A stretch of DNA of 64,000 nt, taken from contig CAWCMR010000009.1 of the NCBI GenBank assembly GCA_963796685.1, positions 192,001 to 256,000 on the forward strand, in the 5' to 3' direction. The notes beneath the pieces are model-generated. The model was not told where the DNA came from, did not search any database, and saw only the letters and a program-made list of their open reading frames with translations. Within the stretch, counting starts at the first letter, position 1; the number at the start of each line of letters is the position of its first letter. The position numbers and the translations under genes were made by a program. This DNA comes from an uncultured delta proteobacterium (GTDB lineage: Bacteria; Myxococcota_A; Polyangia; Fen-1088). Below, piece after piece: positions 28,777-40,100 of the stretch.

Positions 28777-31614
28777 ATGAGAAGCTCAATCTTGTCGCGA
28801 CGGGGCGCCACCCTACTCGTTAGCATGCTTTGTCTCCCGGCCTGCGGGACCAGCAGTCATCCAAGCGACAACGGCTCCGGGGGTAGCTCCAGTCCGGGCG
28901 CGGCGGGTGGAAACACGGGGACCGTCGGCAGCGGAGGCACGGCCGGTAAGACTGGCAGCGGAACCGGAGGGGCTGCCGGAGGACAGGCAGGCGCGGGAGC
29001 CGGCGGGACGGGAGCGGGCGGCAGAGGACTTGGAGGGGCGGCAGCGGGAGGCCAAGCAGGGACCGCAGTCGGTGGGTCGGGAGTGGCCGGCAGAGGAAGT
29101 GGCGGAGCGGGAGGAACAGCGGCGGGAGGCCAGTCCGGCGCGGGAGCGGGTGGAAGGGGCGGCAGCGCAGCCGGAGGCGCTGCGACGGGCGGCCAGCCCG
29201 GCACTGGAACGGGTGGCGCAGCGGCCTCAGGGGGTGGCGGCGCGGGCGGCGCGGGCGGTTCGAGCAGCTCGGCCGCCACGCTCGTCAACAATTACGATGG
29301 CGCCCGTTCGACCACGGTCAGCTTCGACCAGGGATGGAAGTTCCATCTCGGCGACGTGACAGGCGCGCAAGCAACGACTTTCGACGACTCGGCCTGGACG
29401 TCTTTGAACGTGCCCCATGACTGGAGCATCTCGCTGGCGTTCAATCAAAGCTCAAAAGCTGGCGGCGGCGGTGGCTACCTCGATGGCGGCACGGGCTGGT
29501 ACCGCAAGACGTTCACGCTGCCCGCCTCGAGCTCGGGACAGAAGGTCTTTGTCCAGTTCGACGGTGTCTACATGGACAGCACGGTGTACCTCAACGGCAC
29601 GCAAGTAGGCGCCCGTCCCTATGGTTTCTCCTCCTTCGAATGTGACCTGACCGCCAGTGCCAAGTTTGGCGCATCGAACGTGCTTGCCGTCCGGGTCAAC
29701 AACCAGCAGCCCAGCAGCCGCTGGTACTCGGGCAGCGGCATCTACCGTCACACTTGGCTCAAGACCGTGAACCCCGTGCGGGTCGCCTATACCGGCGCAT
29801 TCGTGACCACGCCGCAGGCCTCGGCCACGAGCGCCACGGTAAACATCGCGGTGACCGTGCAGAACGACGCAACAGCCGACCAATCGGTGACGGTCGCCAG
29901 CTCGGTTCGCGACGCCTCCGGAGCCGAGGTAGCGAAAGGCTCTTCGGCCGCGACCACGGTGGCCGCCGGAAAGACCGCCGACGTGACCTATACCGCGACC
30001 GTGTCCAATCCCAAACTGTGGTCACCATCGTCGCCGACTCTCTACGCCGCGGTGACAACCGTATCGGCGGGAGGCGCCGTGGTCGACACGTATACGACGT
30101 CTTTCGGGATCCGCACCTTCGCGTTCGACGCGAACAAGGGCTTCACCCTCAATGGTCAGAGCGTAAAGCTCAACGGCACGTGCAATCACCACGACCTCGG
30201 CGCCCTCGGCGCCGCGGTGAACAACCGCGCCATCGAGAAACACCTCCAGATGCTCAAGGACATGGGCGTCAATGCGCTTCGCACGTCGCACAACCCGCCC
30301 GCACCCGAGTTCCTCGACATGGCCGATCGCATGGGTTTCCTTGTGATGGATGAGGCATTCGACTGCTGGGACCAGGGCAAGAATACGTACGACTACGGAC
30401 GATTCTTCAATCAGTGGTCCAAGACCGATATCGGGGACATGGTGATGCGCGACCGCAACCACCCAGGCATCATCATTTGGAGCATCGGAAACGAGATTCC
30501 CGATGACAACAACGCCACCGTCGCACAATCCCTCATCACGGCGGTCAAGGCCAAGGACACCACGCGCGTGATCGGTCAAGCCTTTGCCTCCGGTGCCACC
30601 GGCGCCGCGACAGCTCCCTTGGAAGATGTGGTCGGCCTCAACTACGCTCCGTACTCGTATGCCGGGACGCACTCGAGCAATCCGACCTGGAAGCTCTTCG
30701 GCAGCGAGACCTCGTCCGCGGTGCGGAGTCGTAACGTCTACAAGACGCCGGTCACAACGAATATCCTGTCATCCAGCGACAACCAGTGCTCGTCCTACGA
30801 CAACAGCGTGGTGTCCTGGGGAACGAGCGCCGAGAGCTCGTGGCAGACCGTCAATGCGGACGCTTACATTGCCGGCGAGTTCATCTGGACAGGCTGGGAC
30901 TACATTGGCGAGCCCACGCCGTATGGCTGGCCGTCCAAGAGCTCGTACTTCGGTGCTATCGACACGGCCGGCTTCCCCAAGGACATCTTCTACTTCTACC
31001 AGAGCAAGTGGAACGCCAGTGGCCCCACCATGGTCCACATCGTACCGATGGACTGGACGAGTTGGACGGCGGGGCAATCCGTGACTGTCTGGGTCTACAG
31101 CAATGCGGACAGCGTCGAGCTCTTCCTCAACGACAAGTCCCAGGGTTCGAAGACCATCTCCGCCACGACTGCGCACGCCCAGTGGTCAGTCCCATTCGCG
31201 ACTGGCACACTCCAGGCGAAGGCCACCAAGGGTGGTACAGTCGTCGCAACCGACACCGTTCAAACCGCTGGGGCCGCCGCCGCCTTGGCGCTCAAGGCCG
31301 ACCGCGCATCGATCGCCGCGGATGGCAGCGACCTGTCCTACGTCGAGGTGGACATCCTCGACGCGCAGGGCGTGGTTGTGCCGCAAGCCAAGAACACCAT
31401 CGCCTTCACGATCAGCGGTCCCGGCGCCCTGGTGGGCCTCGATGCCGGAGATTCCACGAACCACGATTCCTACAAAGGCACCTCGCACGCTGCGTTCAGC
31501 GGCAAGCTGATGGCCATCGTTCAGTCCACCACCACCGCCGGAACGATTACCTTGAAGGCGACCTCCGGCTCGCTCACGGCAGGCTCGGTCGACATCACCA
31601 CGACGGCACCCTAA
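28777..31614 (+). CDS. GH2 beta-galactosidase lipoprotein with N-terminal Gly stalk
   Basis: lipobox LPAC; VPHDWSI, SRWYSGSGIYR, RTSHNPP, WSIGNE, SETSS, DYIGEPTP. Confidence 0.93.
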   Translation: MRSSILSRRGATLLVSMLCLPACGTSSHPSDNGSGGSSSPGAAGGNTGTVGSGGTAGKTGSGTGGAAGGQAGAGAGGTGAGGRGLGGAAAGGQAGTAVGGSGVAGRGSGGAGGTAAGGQSGAGAGGRGGSAAGGAATGGQPGTGTGGAAASGGGGAGGAGGSSSSAATLVNNYDGARSTTVSFDQGWKFHLGDVTGAQATTFDDSAWTSLNVPHDWSISLAFNQSSKAGGGGGYLDGGTGWYRKTFTLPASSSGQKVFVQFDGVYMDSTVYLNGTQVGARPYGFSSFECDLTASAKFGASNVLAVRVNNQQPSSRWYSGSGIYRHTWLKTVNPVRVAYTGAFVTTPQASATSATVNIAVTVQNDATADQSVTVASSVRDASGAEVAKGSSAATTVAAGKTADVTYTATVSNPKLWSPSSPTLYAAVTTVSAGGAVVDTYTTSFGIRTFAFDANKGFTLNGQSVKLNGTCNHHDLGALGAAVNNRAIEKHLQMLKDMGVNALRTSHNPPAPEFLDMADRMGFLVMDEAFDCWDQGKNTYDYGRFFNQWSKTDIGDMVMRDRNHPGIIIWSIGNEIPDDNNATVAQSLITAVKAKDTTRVIGQAFASGATGAATAPLEDVVGLNYAPYSYAGTHSSNPTWKLFGSETSSAVRSRNVYKTPVTTNILSSSDNQCSSYDNSVVSWGTSAESSWQTVNADAYIAGEFIWTGWDYIGEPTPYGWPSKSSYFGAIDTAGFPKDIFYFYQSKWNASGPTMVHIVPMDWTSWTAGQSVTVWVYSNADSVELFLNDKSQGSKTISATTAHAQWSVPFATGTLQAKATKGGTVVATDTVQTAGAAAALALKADRASIAADGSDLSYVEVDILDAQGVVVPQAKNTIAFTISGPGALVGLDAGDSTNHDSYKGTSHAAFSGKLMAIVQSTTTAGTITLKATSGSLTAGSVDITTTAP

Positions 31615-31767
31615 CCCACCCAGTCGCGATGGCGAAGCCGGGCTCGACCCGGCGTAGCCAGAACGCGGGAAGGCATGGAAACCCTCCGAGGGTTTCCATA
31701 TCAACGGTTTGCGTCGGGTGCGCGGGAGCGAGAAGGTCCATGGCCCACCAAGCCCGTCTTCCACCAG

Positions 31768-34560
31768 CTATTTCGCGCTTACCGTCACCGCCGAGCCATC
31801 GTACTTCACCACTTGGTCCGCGGTGGCCGTGACATCCACGCCAGCGCCGTGGTTCGCGCTGACCCAAACGATGTTGAACGTCCTCGTGGCCGGCATGCCG
31901 GTATAGCTGCCCTCCCGAGCGCCAATGGAGAGCTGTTGCGAGGCATCGTTCCACGACAACGCGATCTCCGCATGCTGCCCGGTTTCGTAGTTGTACGAAT
32001 CGCCCTCGTCGTCATACAGGGTGAACGATCCGTCCTGTCCCTTGTAGACCCTGATCTCCAGGGGATCCGTGCTTTCGGTGGCGTACTGAATCTGGGGGCC
32101 CATCGGGAGAATGGCTCCGGCCTTCACGTACAGAGGGATCTTGCTCAACGGCGCGTCCGCCGTCACCTTGCTGCCACCACTGGTGGTCGAGCCGGTCCAG
32201 AAGTCGTACCACGTGCCCGCAGGCAGATACACGGACCGGCTGGTGGCCCCGGCACTGGTCACCGGGTTGACCAGGATGGCCGGACCGTACATGAATTGGT
32301 CCTTGAGCCCGTACACGCTGGCGTCGTTCGGATAGTCGAAGAAGAGCGGGCGCATGATGGTGTATCCCTCGTTGGTAACCTTCCAAGCCAGCGAATAGAG
32401 ATAGGGCATCAGCCGATAGTGCAGGGTATCGATCGCGAGAAGATTGGCCTTGCCGGTGGCGCTCCACTGGTTGCCGTACAGCTCCTTGGGGGCCTGGCCA
32501 TGGATGCGGAAGATTGAGCAGAAAGCCCCAAATTGGAACCAGCGGGTGAACAGCTCCTCGGTGGGCGTGCCGAAGTAGCCGCCAATGTCCGTGGTCCAGT
32601 AGGGCATTCCCGCGGCCGCGTAGTTCAGACCGGCAGGGATCTGCGTGGTGAAGACGCCCCAATCGGCGTTGATGTCCCCCGACCATTCGGCGGCGGCATA
32701 GCGCTGTGCGCCGGCGAAGGCGCTGCGGCTCAAGACAAAAACGCGTTTGGTGTTGGGCCCCACCTTGCGCCAGCCTTCGTAGAGTGCCTTGGTGTGCTGC
32801 AAGGGATAGGCGTTGATGTACAGGGATGCCGCGCCCAGTGACGTGGTAACGCTCGACATGTTCACGCTGCCCGAGGGATAGTCTTGCGGCTCGTCGTTGT
32901 CGGCCCAGATCGCGTCCCATCCGTACTTGCCGATCAACCTGTCGTACATCTGCTGGTAGACCAGCGTTCTAGCGGCGGCATTGAAGGTGTCGTAGAAGTA
33001 GTGATTGCTGCCGTTGCTGGGATTGGGATAGAGCGCGCTCATGGCCTTGAGCGCGTTGTAGTTGTCTTGATCGTTTTCCCCATCGACCGCCGCCGGCGGA
33101 TTCGCCAGGTACTGGTACTCCGGCCAGATCGAGATCATCCCGTGGATGTTGGCGGCGTGCATGGTGCTGACGAGGGTCGCCGGATTCGGATAGTTCTTTG
33201 GGTCCATGATATGGGAGCCCCAGGAATACGAGCCCCAATAGTCCCAGTCCTGAACCACCACGTCGACGGGGATCTTGGCGTTGCGATAACTGCTCACGAC
33301 GTTCAAGAATTCGGTTTGGGTGGAGTAATGGTCCTTGGATTGAAAGAGCCCATAGGCCCATTTGGCAAACAAGGGTGCAGCACCCGTGGCTGCGCGGTAA
33401 CCCGCAATGACCTGGTCGATGCCGGGACCATAGAAGAAGTAGTAATCGACGCCCTCGCCCGCCTGGGAAGTGAAGCTGTACTTGGTGTTGCTGGAAACGT
33501 TCCCGGCAAAGCTCGTGGACGAGTAGTTGTCCCAGAAGATGCCATAGCCCTTGCTCGAAACCAGCATAGGGATCTGGATCGACCCATTGCTGTTGACCAT
33601 GTTGTTCACCGTGCCACCCTTGTAGTTCATGGCGTTATCCGGGTGCTGGCCAAGACCGAACAGCCCTTCGCCCGCGGGCGAGTTGAACACGGTCTGGACC
33701 TTGTTGGTGCTCGTTCCCTGGACGGTCGCGGCGGTGACGGACTTGCTGTCCTCCGCCAAGATGACGTTGTCGCTCAAGTCGGTGTAGCTGACCACGCCCG
33801 TGCTCTCGTTGACCTTGGCCTTGAGCCTAGCCGTTGCGATGGTCAACGTCCCCGAGGCCTCGGTGACGCAAAAGCTTGGCGTCCCCCAGGTGGCGTTGAC
33901 GGACAGGGAGCTCTTGGTGGGAACGGAGGAGCCATTGCCGTACTGGACACGGATGACGTCTTCCTTGCAGACCTGCACTCTCAGCTTGCCGCTGCCCACG
34001 GTGAAGGTCACGCCGGTTGTGTCAACGGCATAGGTCGTACCTGTGGGCGGGGGCGTAGGACAGGTTAGCGTGGTCGAGCCACCCGTCCCGGAAGCGCCGC
34101 CGGCCGTCTGCCCTCCCGAGCCGGCCTGACCGCCGCCCCCTCCGGTGCCAGTACCGCCTGAGCCGACTTTGCCCCCCGTTCCAGCGCCTCCCGCAGCCCC
34201 GGTGCCTCCGCCCGTCGTGCCTGCGGGGCCTCCTCCGGTGGCAAGACCACCCGTTCCGCTTCCTCCCGTCGCGCCCGCGGCACCGCCGCTGGCCGTGGCG
34301 CCCGCTGTCCCGCCGCCCGTGGCGCGACCGCCCGCACCGACGCCCGCGGTCCCTCCCGTGCTGGCACCACCGGTGTTTCCCGCACCCCCTCCCCCGGCGC
34401 CCCCCATTACGGCGCCGCCCGTGCCTGTCCGCCCCCCGGCACTACTGCCCCCCGCCGCTCCCCCGGTTCCACCACCCGACCCAGAAGACTGACAAGCAGC
34501 CACCAGCAGCACTTGGACGAAAAGGATCGAACGACCGATGGACAGTACACTTGGCTTCAT
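31768..34560 (-). CDS. GH31 alpha-xylosidase-like lipoprotein with N-terminal Gly stalk
   Basis: lipobox VAAC; VVQDWDYW, WADNDEP (nucleophile region), WSGD, WTTDIGG, RWFQFGAF. Confidence 0.92.
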   Translation of the reverse strand: MKPSVLSIGRSILFVQVLLVAACQSSGSGGGTGGAAGGSSAGGRTGTGGAVMGGAGGGGAGNTGGASTGGTAGVGAGGRATGGGTAGATASGGAAGATGGSGTGGLATGGGPAGTTGGGTGAAGGAGTGGKVGSGGTGTGGGGGQAGSGGQTAGGASGTGGSTTLTCPTPPPTGTTYAVDTTGVTFTVGSGKLRVQVCKEDVIRVQYGNGSSVPTKSSLSVNATWGTPSFCVTEASGTLTIATARLKAKVNESTGVVSYTDLSDNVILAEDSKSVTAATVQGTSTNKVQTVFNSPAGEGLFGLGQHPDNAMNYKGGTVNNMVNSNGSIQIPMLVSSKGYGIFWDNYSSTSFAGNVSSNTKYSFTSQAGEGVDYYFFYGPGIDQVIAGYRAATGAAPLFAKWAYGLFQSKDHYSTQTEFLNVVSSYRNAKIPVDVVVQDWDYWGSYSWGSHIMDPKNYPNPATLVSTMHAANIHGMISIWPEYQYLANPPAAVDGENDQDNYNALKAMSALYPNPSNGSNHYFYDTFNAAARTLVYQQMYDRLIGKYGWDAIWADNDEPQDYPSGSVNMSSVTTSLGAASLYINAYPLQHTKALYEGWRKVGPNTKRVFVLSRSAFAGAQRYAAAEWSGDINADWGVFTTQIPAGLNYAAAGMPYWTTDIGGYFGTPTEELFTRWFQFGAFCSIFRIHGQAPKELYGNQWSATGKANLLAIDTLHYRLMPYLYSLAWKVTNEGYTIMRPLFFDYPNDASVYGLKDQFMYGPAILVNPVTSAGATSRSVYLPAGTWYDFWTGSTTSGGSKVTADAPLSKIPLYVKAGAILPMGPQIQYATESTDPLEIRVYKGQDGSFTLYDDEGDSYNYETGQHAEIALSWNDASQQLSIGAREGSYTGMPATRTFNIVWVSANHGAGVDVTATADQVVKYDGSAVTVSAK

Positions 34561-34700
34561 AGTCTGTTACTGTCGCAACGAAGGCAGGGTTGTACCGAAA
34601 TCGCAGGTCTTGCCAGCATTTCGCTCGTGCCCAGCTCTGCGGCTGGTTTGCAGGGATGAGATCGGCTTTCACGGCGCCGGGAGAGCGGAACGCGACCTCT

Positions 34701-35837
34701 TCAGTCGTTCGGCCCGTACGAGGCAACGCGACCGCGGTGGTGCTGGTAGGCGGGTTGGTCGAGTCGAGGGAAGCGGTACAGGTACTCGGCCGGCGAGATG
34801 CCGTTGGTCCAATGCCCGGCGGCCATGGCCAAGCCGGTCACGCCGAGGAAGATGGCGACGACGAGGGTGGCCACCCAGCGGGCCGAGATAGCCCGGCCAT
34901 GGGCGCGCACTTCCAGCGTGTCCATCACCGGGCACACCGCAACGCAGTCCAGGCAACTCGTGCATTCGTCGCTCCACACCCGCCCGGCGGTGTGGACGCG
35001 GATGTTCGACGGACACGCGCGCGTGCAGAGCCGGCAATCGATGCAGCGACTCTTGTTGCGCGCGACCTTGGAAGGGCTCAATAGACCAACCACGCCGAGC
35101 AAGGCGCCGTACGGACACAGGAAGCGACACCAGGCGTTCTTCACGAAGAGCGAAAGCACGACCAGGACCAGCACCACCTTCAGCGCCAACCCGGAAATTC
35201 CGGCAAAGAAGAGATACATCTTGATGTCGGCGACCTTGTTGTACGGGCTGCCGATGAAGGCATCGAGCGTCGGAAGGTCCATCTTGGCGATGGACCACAC
35301 GAAGAAGAGCAGCAGCGCATATTTGGGCGCGCGCAGCGGATAGTCGAGCCAGCGGGGCAGGATGATGTTTCTGCGATAGACGAAGCGGCCGAGCCGCCAC
35401 AGAGACTCGCTGAGCGTGCCGATGGGGCAAAGAAAGCTGCAGAAGGCCTTCTTGACCGCGAGGCTGAGCAGCACGATGGCGGTCAAGATGAACAGGGCAG
35501 CGGGATGGACATGGTCGACCGTTCCGGTGGCGAGGAAGTGCTTGACTCCGATGAGAGCGCTGATGGGAAGGAAGCCCTCGGCGCCCGGCGGACGCTTCGC
35601 GTACGGCAAGGCCCCGTGCGACATGCCCCAGGCAAAAAATTGGTGAAACTCGATCCCGATCCACACGCAGAGCGCGACGAACCCGACCTGCACCGTCAAC
35701 CGGATCGCGTGAGGGTCGTCGCGCAGGCGCAGGACCATTCGGCGCCACAACCGCTTCTCGGTCTGGTAGGCCGGCTTCGGTTTGCGCAACTCTGGTGCCA
35801 GCTTCCTTGGTCGGATCTGTACCAGTGTTTGCGCCAC
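34701..35837 (-). CDS. membrane polyferredoxin (YccM/NapH-like 4Fe-4S binding protein)
   Basis: TM helices; FCSFLCPIG, WCRFLCPYG, CIDCRLCTRACP, CTSCLDCVAVCP; GTG start chosen from RBS and promoter position. Confidence 0.88.
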   Translation of the reverse strand: MAQTLVQIRPRKLAPELRKPKPAYQTEKRLWRRMVLRLRDDPHAIRLTVQVGFVALCVWIGIEFHQFFAWGMSHGALPYAKRPPGAEGFLPISALIGVKHFLATGTVDHVHPAALFILTAIVLLSLAVKKAFCSFLCPIGTLSESLWRLGRFVYRRNIILPRWLDYPLRAPKYALLLFFVWSIAKMDLPTLDAFIGSPYNKVADIKMYLFFAGISGLALKVVLVLVVLSLFVKNAWCRFLCPYGALLGVVGLLSPSKVARNKSRCIDCRLCTRACPSNIRVHTAGRVWSDECTSCLDCVAVCPVMDTLEVRAHGRAISARWVATLVVAIFLGVTGLAMAAGHWTNGISPAEYLYRFPRLDQPAYQHHRGRVASYGPND

Positions 35838-35868
35838 GACCTCTTGCTCCGTCCTCCCGGCTTGCAAA

Positions 35869-35884
35869 AGCAGGACCTATGCCA
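35869..35884 (-). promoter_or_regulatory. sigma54 -24/-12 promoter of the polyferredoxin gene
   Basis: minus strand TGGCATAGGTCCTGCT (GG-N10-GC), with an AT-rich tract and TGTCA repeats upstream. Confidence 0.65.
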
Positions 35885-36029
35885 ATCTAAATGCATAGTT
35901 AAAACAATCGGTTAAACGCCATGTTGTCAAAGATACGTCAAACGAAATGATGTCAATATGACCACATCGATGTCATAGCGACTACGTGGATCCTGTGCAC
36001 CCCGACGGAGGATCGGCATCTAAATTCGC

Positions 36030-37178
36030 GTGCGCTATCTAGTCGTTGTTGCAGGGCTCGTCGTGCTCATCGGCAGCTTGGCTGCCGTCAAGGTGGGCCA
36101 AATCAAGGAGCTGATCGGATTTGGCAAGGCAGCGGCGGCAGCGGGGCCGCCACCCGAGGTGATCGGGACCATGGAGGCCAAGGCGGAGCTTTGGGACGAT
36201 CGGCTGTCCTCGGTCGGCACGGTCGCGCCCACCCGCGGTGTGACGGTGAGCAGCGAGATGGCGGGCACGGTGAAGACCATCCATTTCGACTCCGGGCAGA
36301 AGGTGCGGAAAGGGCAGATCCTCGTCGAGCTCGACCGCAGCGTGGAGGCGGCCGAGCTGGGCTCGGCGCAAGAGCGCGAGCACCTGGCGCGCATCAACGA
36401 AGAGCGCTCGCGCGCCCTGTTCAAGGGTCACGCAACCACCCAGGCACAGGTCGACAACGACGAAAGCGCGCTCCGCTCCGCCGTTGCTGACGTGAGCTCC
36501 CTCAAGGCCCAAATCGAGCGCAAGGTCGTCCGGGCTCCGTTCGCCGGGCGCTTGGGCATCCGGATGGTCAACCTCGGCCAGTATCTCACGCCAGGAACCC
36601 CGGTCACGGAGCTCGAATCCGCGGAAACCGACTTCGTCGACTTCACCCTGCCGCAAGAACAGATTCACAGGTTGAAGGTGGGCATGCAGGTCGTGATCAA
36701 CGAGGGAACATCCGGCCCGCACGGCGAGGCTACCATCAGCGCGATCGAGCCGCTGGTGGATCCTGTGACGCGCAGTGGTCAGGTGCGGGCCGCCGTAAAG
36801 AAAATGGAGCCACCGCCCAGTCCCGGCATGTTCGTGAACGTGCAGGTCATCCTGCCCGAGAAGCGGACGGTGACCGTGGTCGGTGCCACGGCGATCGTGC
36901 GGGCCTCGTACGGGGACTCGGTCTTCGTGGTCGAGGACAAGCGCGAGAACGGGCACATCGTCACCGGACCGGACGGCAAGCCCATCCTGGTCGCTCGCCA
37001 ACAGTTCGTGAAGACGGGCGAGGCGCGCGGCGACTTCGTGGAGATTCTCCAAGGGGTACAGCCTGGGCAGACCGTGGTCTCCGAAGGTGCCTTCAAGCTG
37101 CGCAACGGGATGAAGGTGGCGGTGAACAACTCGGTGCGACTCCATCCCGAGCTCGTGCCCTCGGTCGAGAACCGCTGA
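36030..37178 (+). CDS. RND efflux periplasmic adaptor subunit
   Basis: N-terminal TM; VSSEMAGTV, RAPFAGRLGIR, YGDSVFVV, GAFKLRNG. Confidence 0.92.
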   Translation: MRYLVVVAGLVVLIGSLAAVKVGQIKELIGFGKAAAAAGPPPEVIGTMEAKAELWDDRLSSVGTVAPTRGVTVSSEMAGTVKTIHFDSGQKVRKGQILVELDRSVEAAELGSAQEREHLARINEERSRALFKGHATTQAQVDNDESALRSAVADVSSLKAQIERKVVRAPFAGRLGIRMVNLGQYLTPGTPVTELESAETDFVDFTLPQEQIHRLKVGMQVVINEGTSGPHGEATISAIEPLVDPVTRSGQVRAAVKKMEPPPSPGMFVNVQVILPEKRTVTVVGATAIVRASYGDSVFVVEDKRENGHIVTGPDGKPILVARQQFVKTGEARGDFVEILQGVQPGQTVVSEGAFKLRNGMKVAVNNSVRLHPELVPSVENR

Positions 37179-37181
37179 CCC

Positions 37182-40100
37182 ATGCGCTTCGTCGATCTCT
37201 TCATCCGTCGGCCCATCGTGGCCATCGTCGTGAGCCTGATCATCGTGATCGCGGGGATCCAGGCCATCCGCTCGCTCAATGTGCGCCAGTACCCGAGGCT
37301 CGAATCGGCCAGCATCGTGGTGACCACCGTGTACGTGGGGGCCAGCGCCGACCTCGTGCGAGGGTTCGTCACCGTCCCTCTCGAACAGGCCATCGCTGCC
37401 GCCGACGGCATCGACTACATCGAATCGCAGAGCGTGCAAGGTCTGTCCACCATCAACGTCCGTCTGAAGCTCAACTTCGACGGTGCCAAGGCCCTGGCCG
37501 ACGTCAGCACGCGGGTCAACCAGGTGCGCGCCAATCTGCCTCCCGAATCCGAGATCCCGGCCATCAGCCTGCAGCCGTCCGACGCACAGACCGCCGCCAT
37601 GTACCTGTCCTTTTCCTCCACCATCCTGCAGAACAACGAGGTCACCGACTACCTGATTCGCATCGTGCAACCGCGCCTGACCGCCATCAGCGGGGTCCAG
37701 CGCGCGGAGATCCTGGGCGGCCGGACTTTCGCCATCCGCGCCTGGCTCAAGCCTGAGCGCATGGCATCGCTCAACATCAGCCCCAGCCAGGTGCGTGGCG
37801 CGCTCGCGGCCAACAACGCCCTGTCCCCGGTAGGGCAGACCAAAGGCCGTCTGGTACAGCTCGACCTCACCACCTCGACCGACCTGCACAGCGTCGAAGA
37901 CTTTCGCAATCTCGTGGTGCGCCAGCAGGGCAGCACCATCATCCGCCTCAAGGACATCGCCGACGTGGTCCTGGGCGCCGACGACTACGACCAGGATGTG
38001 CGCATGAACGGCGAGCGCGCGGTCTTCATGGGGGTCTGGGTCTTGCCCAACGCCAACACCTTGCAGGTCATCGGCGACGTGAACCACGAGATCGAAGGTC
38101 TCAAGCGCGAGCTTCCCGTCGGGCATGACGGCGGCCGTGGCCTACGATTCCACCCAATACATTCGCAGCGCCATCGACGAGGTCGTGTGGACCCTGTCCT
38201 TGACGGTGGCCATCGTGATCGTCGTCATCTTCCTCTTCCTGGGCTCGCTGCGCACGGTGCTGGTCCCGGTCATCGCCATTCCGGTCTCCCTGGTGGGCGC
38301 GGTCTTCCTCATGCAGGTCTTCGGCTTCACGGTGAACCTCCTCACCCTGCTGGCCATCGTGCTGGCGGTCGGCCTGGTCGTGGACGATGCCATCGTCGTG
38401 GTGGAGAACTGCGAGCGCCACATCCGCGAGGGCCGCTCGCGCCTGGTCGCGGCCTTCCTCGGCGGCCGCGAGCTCGTGCGTCCGATCATCGCCATGACCA
38501 TCACCCTGGCTGCCGTCTACGCGCCGATCGGCTTCCAGGGTGGCCTCACGGGTGCCCTGTTCCACGAGTTCGCCTTCACCTTGGCCGGCGCGGTCTTCAT
38601 CTCCGGCGTCGTGGCCCTGACCCTGTCGCCCATGATGTGCTCGAGGCTGCTCAACCCGGTGTATGAGCCCCGCTGGCTGGCGCATCACATCGACCTCGGT
38701 TTCGATTGGTTTCGCGGGGTCTACGGCCGCCTCCTCGGCCTCACCCTGCGCGCGCGCGGCGCGGTCTACGTGGCGTGGATTGTCATCACCCTGGCCATCG
38801 TCCCCATGTACCTGTTCTCGCCCAAGGAGCTGGCTCCCACCGAGGACCAAGGCGTGATGTTCGGGGCGATGGTCCTGCCCCCCAACGCCACCCTCGAGCA
38901 GCTCGACCCCTTCCGCGCCGAGGTCACGCGCATCTTCATGGAGACCCCGGAGTTCGCCCACACGTTTCAGATCACCTTCCCCACGCAAGCCTTCGGGGGC
39001 ATGCTGGTCAAGCCCTGGAACCAGCGCAAGCGCACCATCTTCGCCATCAACAACGAGGTCAATGCCAAGCTGGCCCGCATTGCCGGCGTGCGCGCCCCGG
39101 TGTTCTTGCCGCCGGCCCTGCCGAGCCCCGGCTTCTTCCCTATCGAGCTGGTCATCGGATCCACGGCCGACCACCAGGAGATCTTGCGCTTCGCCGACCA
39201 GATTCGGCAGAGCGCCGTCGAGAGCGGGCAATTTGCCTTCCCGCCCGTGAGCGACGTGCTCATCGATCAGGGGAAGGTCGACATCGTTCTCGATCGCAAC
39301 AAGATTGCATCGATGGGGCTCAATATGGCGCAAATCGGAGGCGATCTCGCGGCCATGCTGGGGGGCAATTACGTCAACCGCTTCAGCCTACAAGGTCGCG
39401 CGTACAAGGTCATTGCCCAAGCCGAGCGCACGAGCCGCCTCACCGCCGATGAGCTGCGGAGCATCTACGTCACCGGCCCGCAAGGAGGACTGGTGCCCCT
39501 GTCCTCCATCGCGACCTTGAAGAACGAGGTCGAGCCACGCACCCTGAATCGTTTCCAGCAGCTCAACGCCGTCAAGATCTCGGGCGTGCCCACGCGCTCG
39601 GTCGAGGACGGGCTCGCAGTGCTGGAGAAGGCCGCGGCGAAGATCCTGCCGCAGGGCTACCACGTCGACTACACGGGTGAGTCGCGCCAGCTGCGCCACG
39701 AGCAGGGTCGGTTCCTGCCGGCCATGACCCTGGCCCTGGTTCTCATCTTCCTCGTGCTCGCGGCCCAGTTCAACTCGTTCCGCGACCCCTTCGTGATTCT
39801 CGCCGGATCCGCCCCTCTGGCCATTTTCGGGGCCCTCATCTTCACCTTCCTCAAGTTCCAAGGTCCGCCCGGCTTGACCTTCGGGCTGACCCAGGGCTGG
39901 ACCGCCACGCTCAACATCTATTCCGAGGTGGGGCTCGTCACCCTGGTGGGTCTGGTGGCCAAGAACGGCATCCTGATCGCCGAGTTCGCCAACGTCCAGC
40001 AGACCCTCGGCCTGTCGAAGCTCGAGGCCGTGCACAGCGCAGCCATGATCCGACTCCGCCCCATCCTGATGACCACCATCGCCACCATCGCCGGTCTCTT

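Noticed and set aside
38101-38130. Programmed frameshift or naturally split RND permease
   Set aside because: No slippery heptamer; a single extra base explains it, as in three other genes
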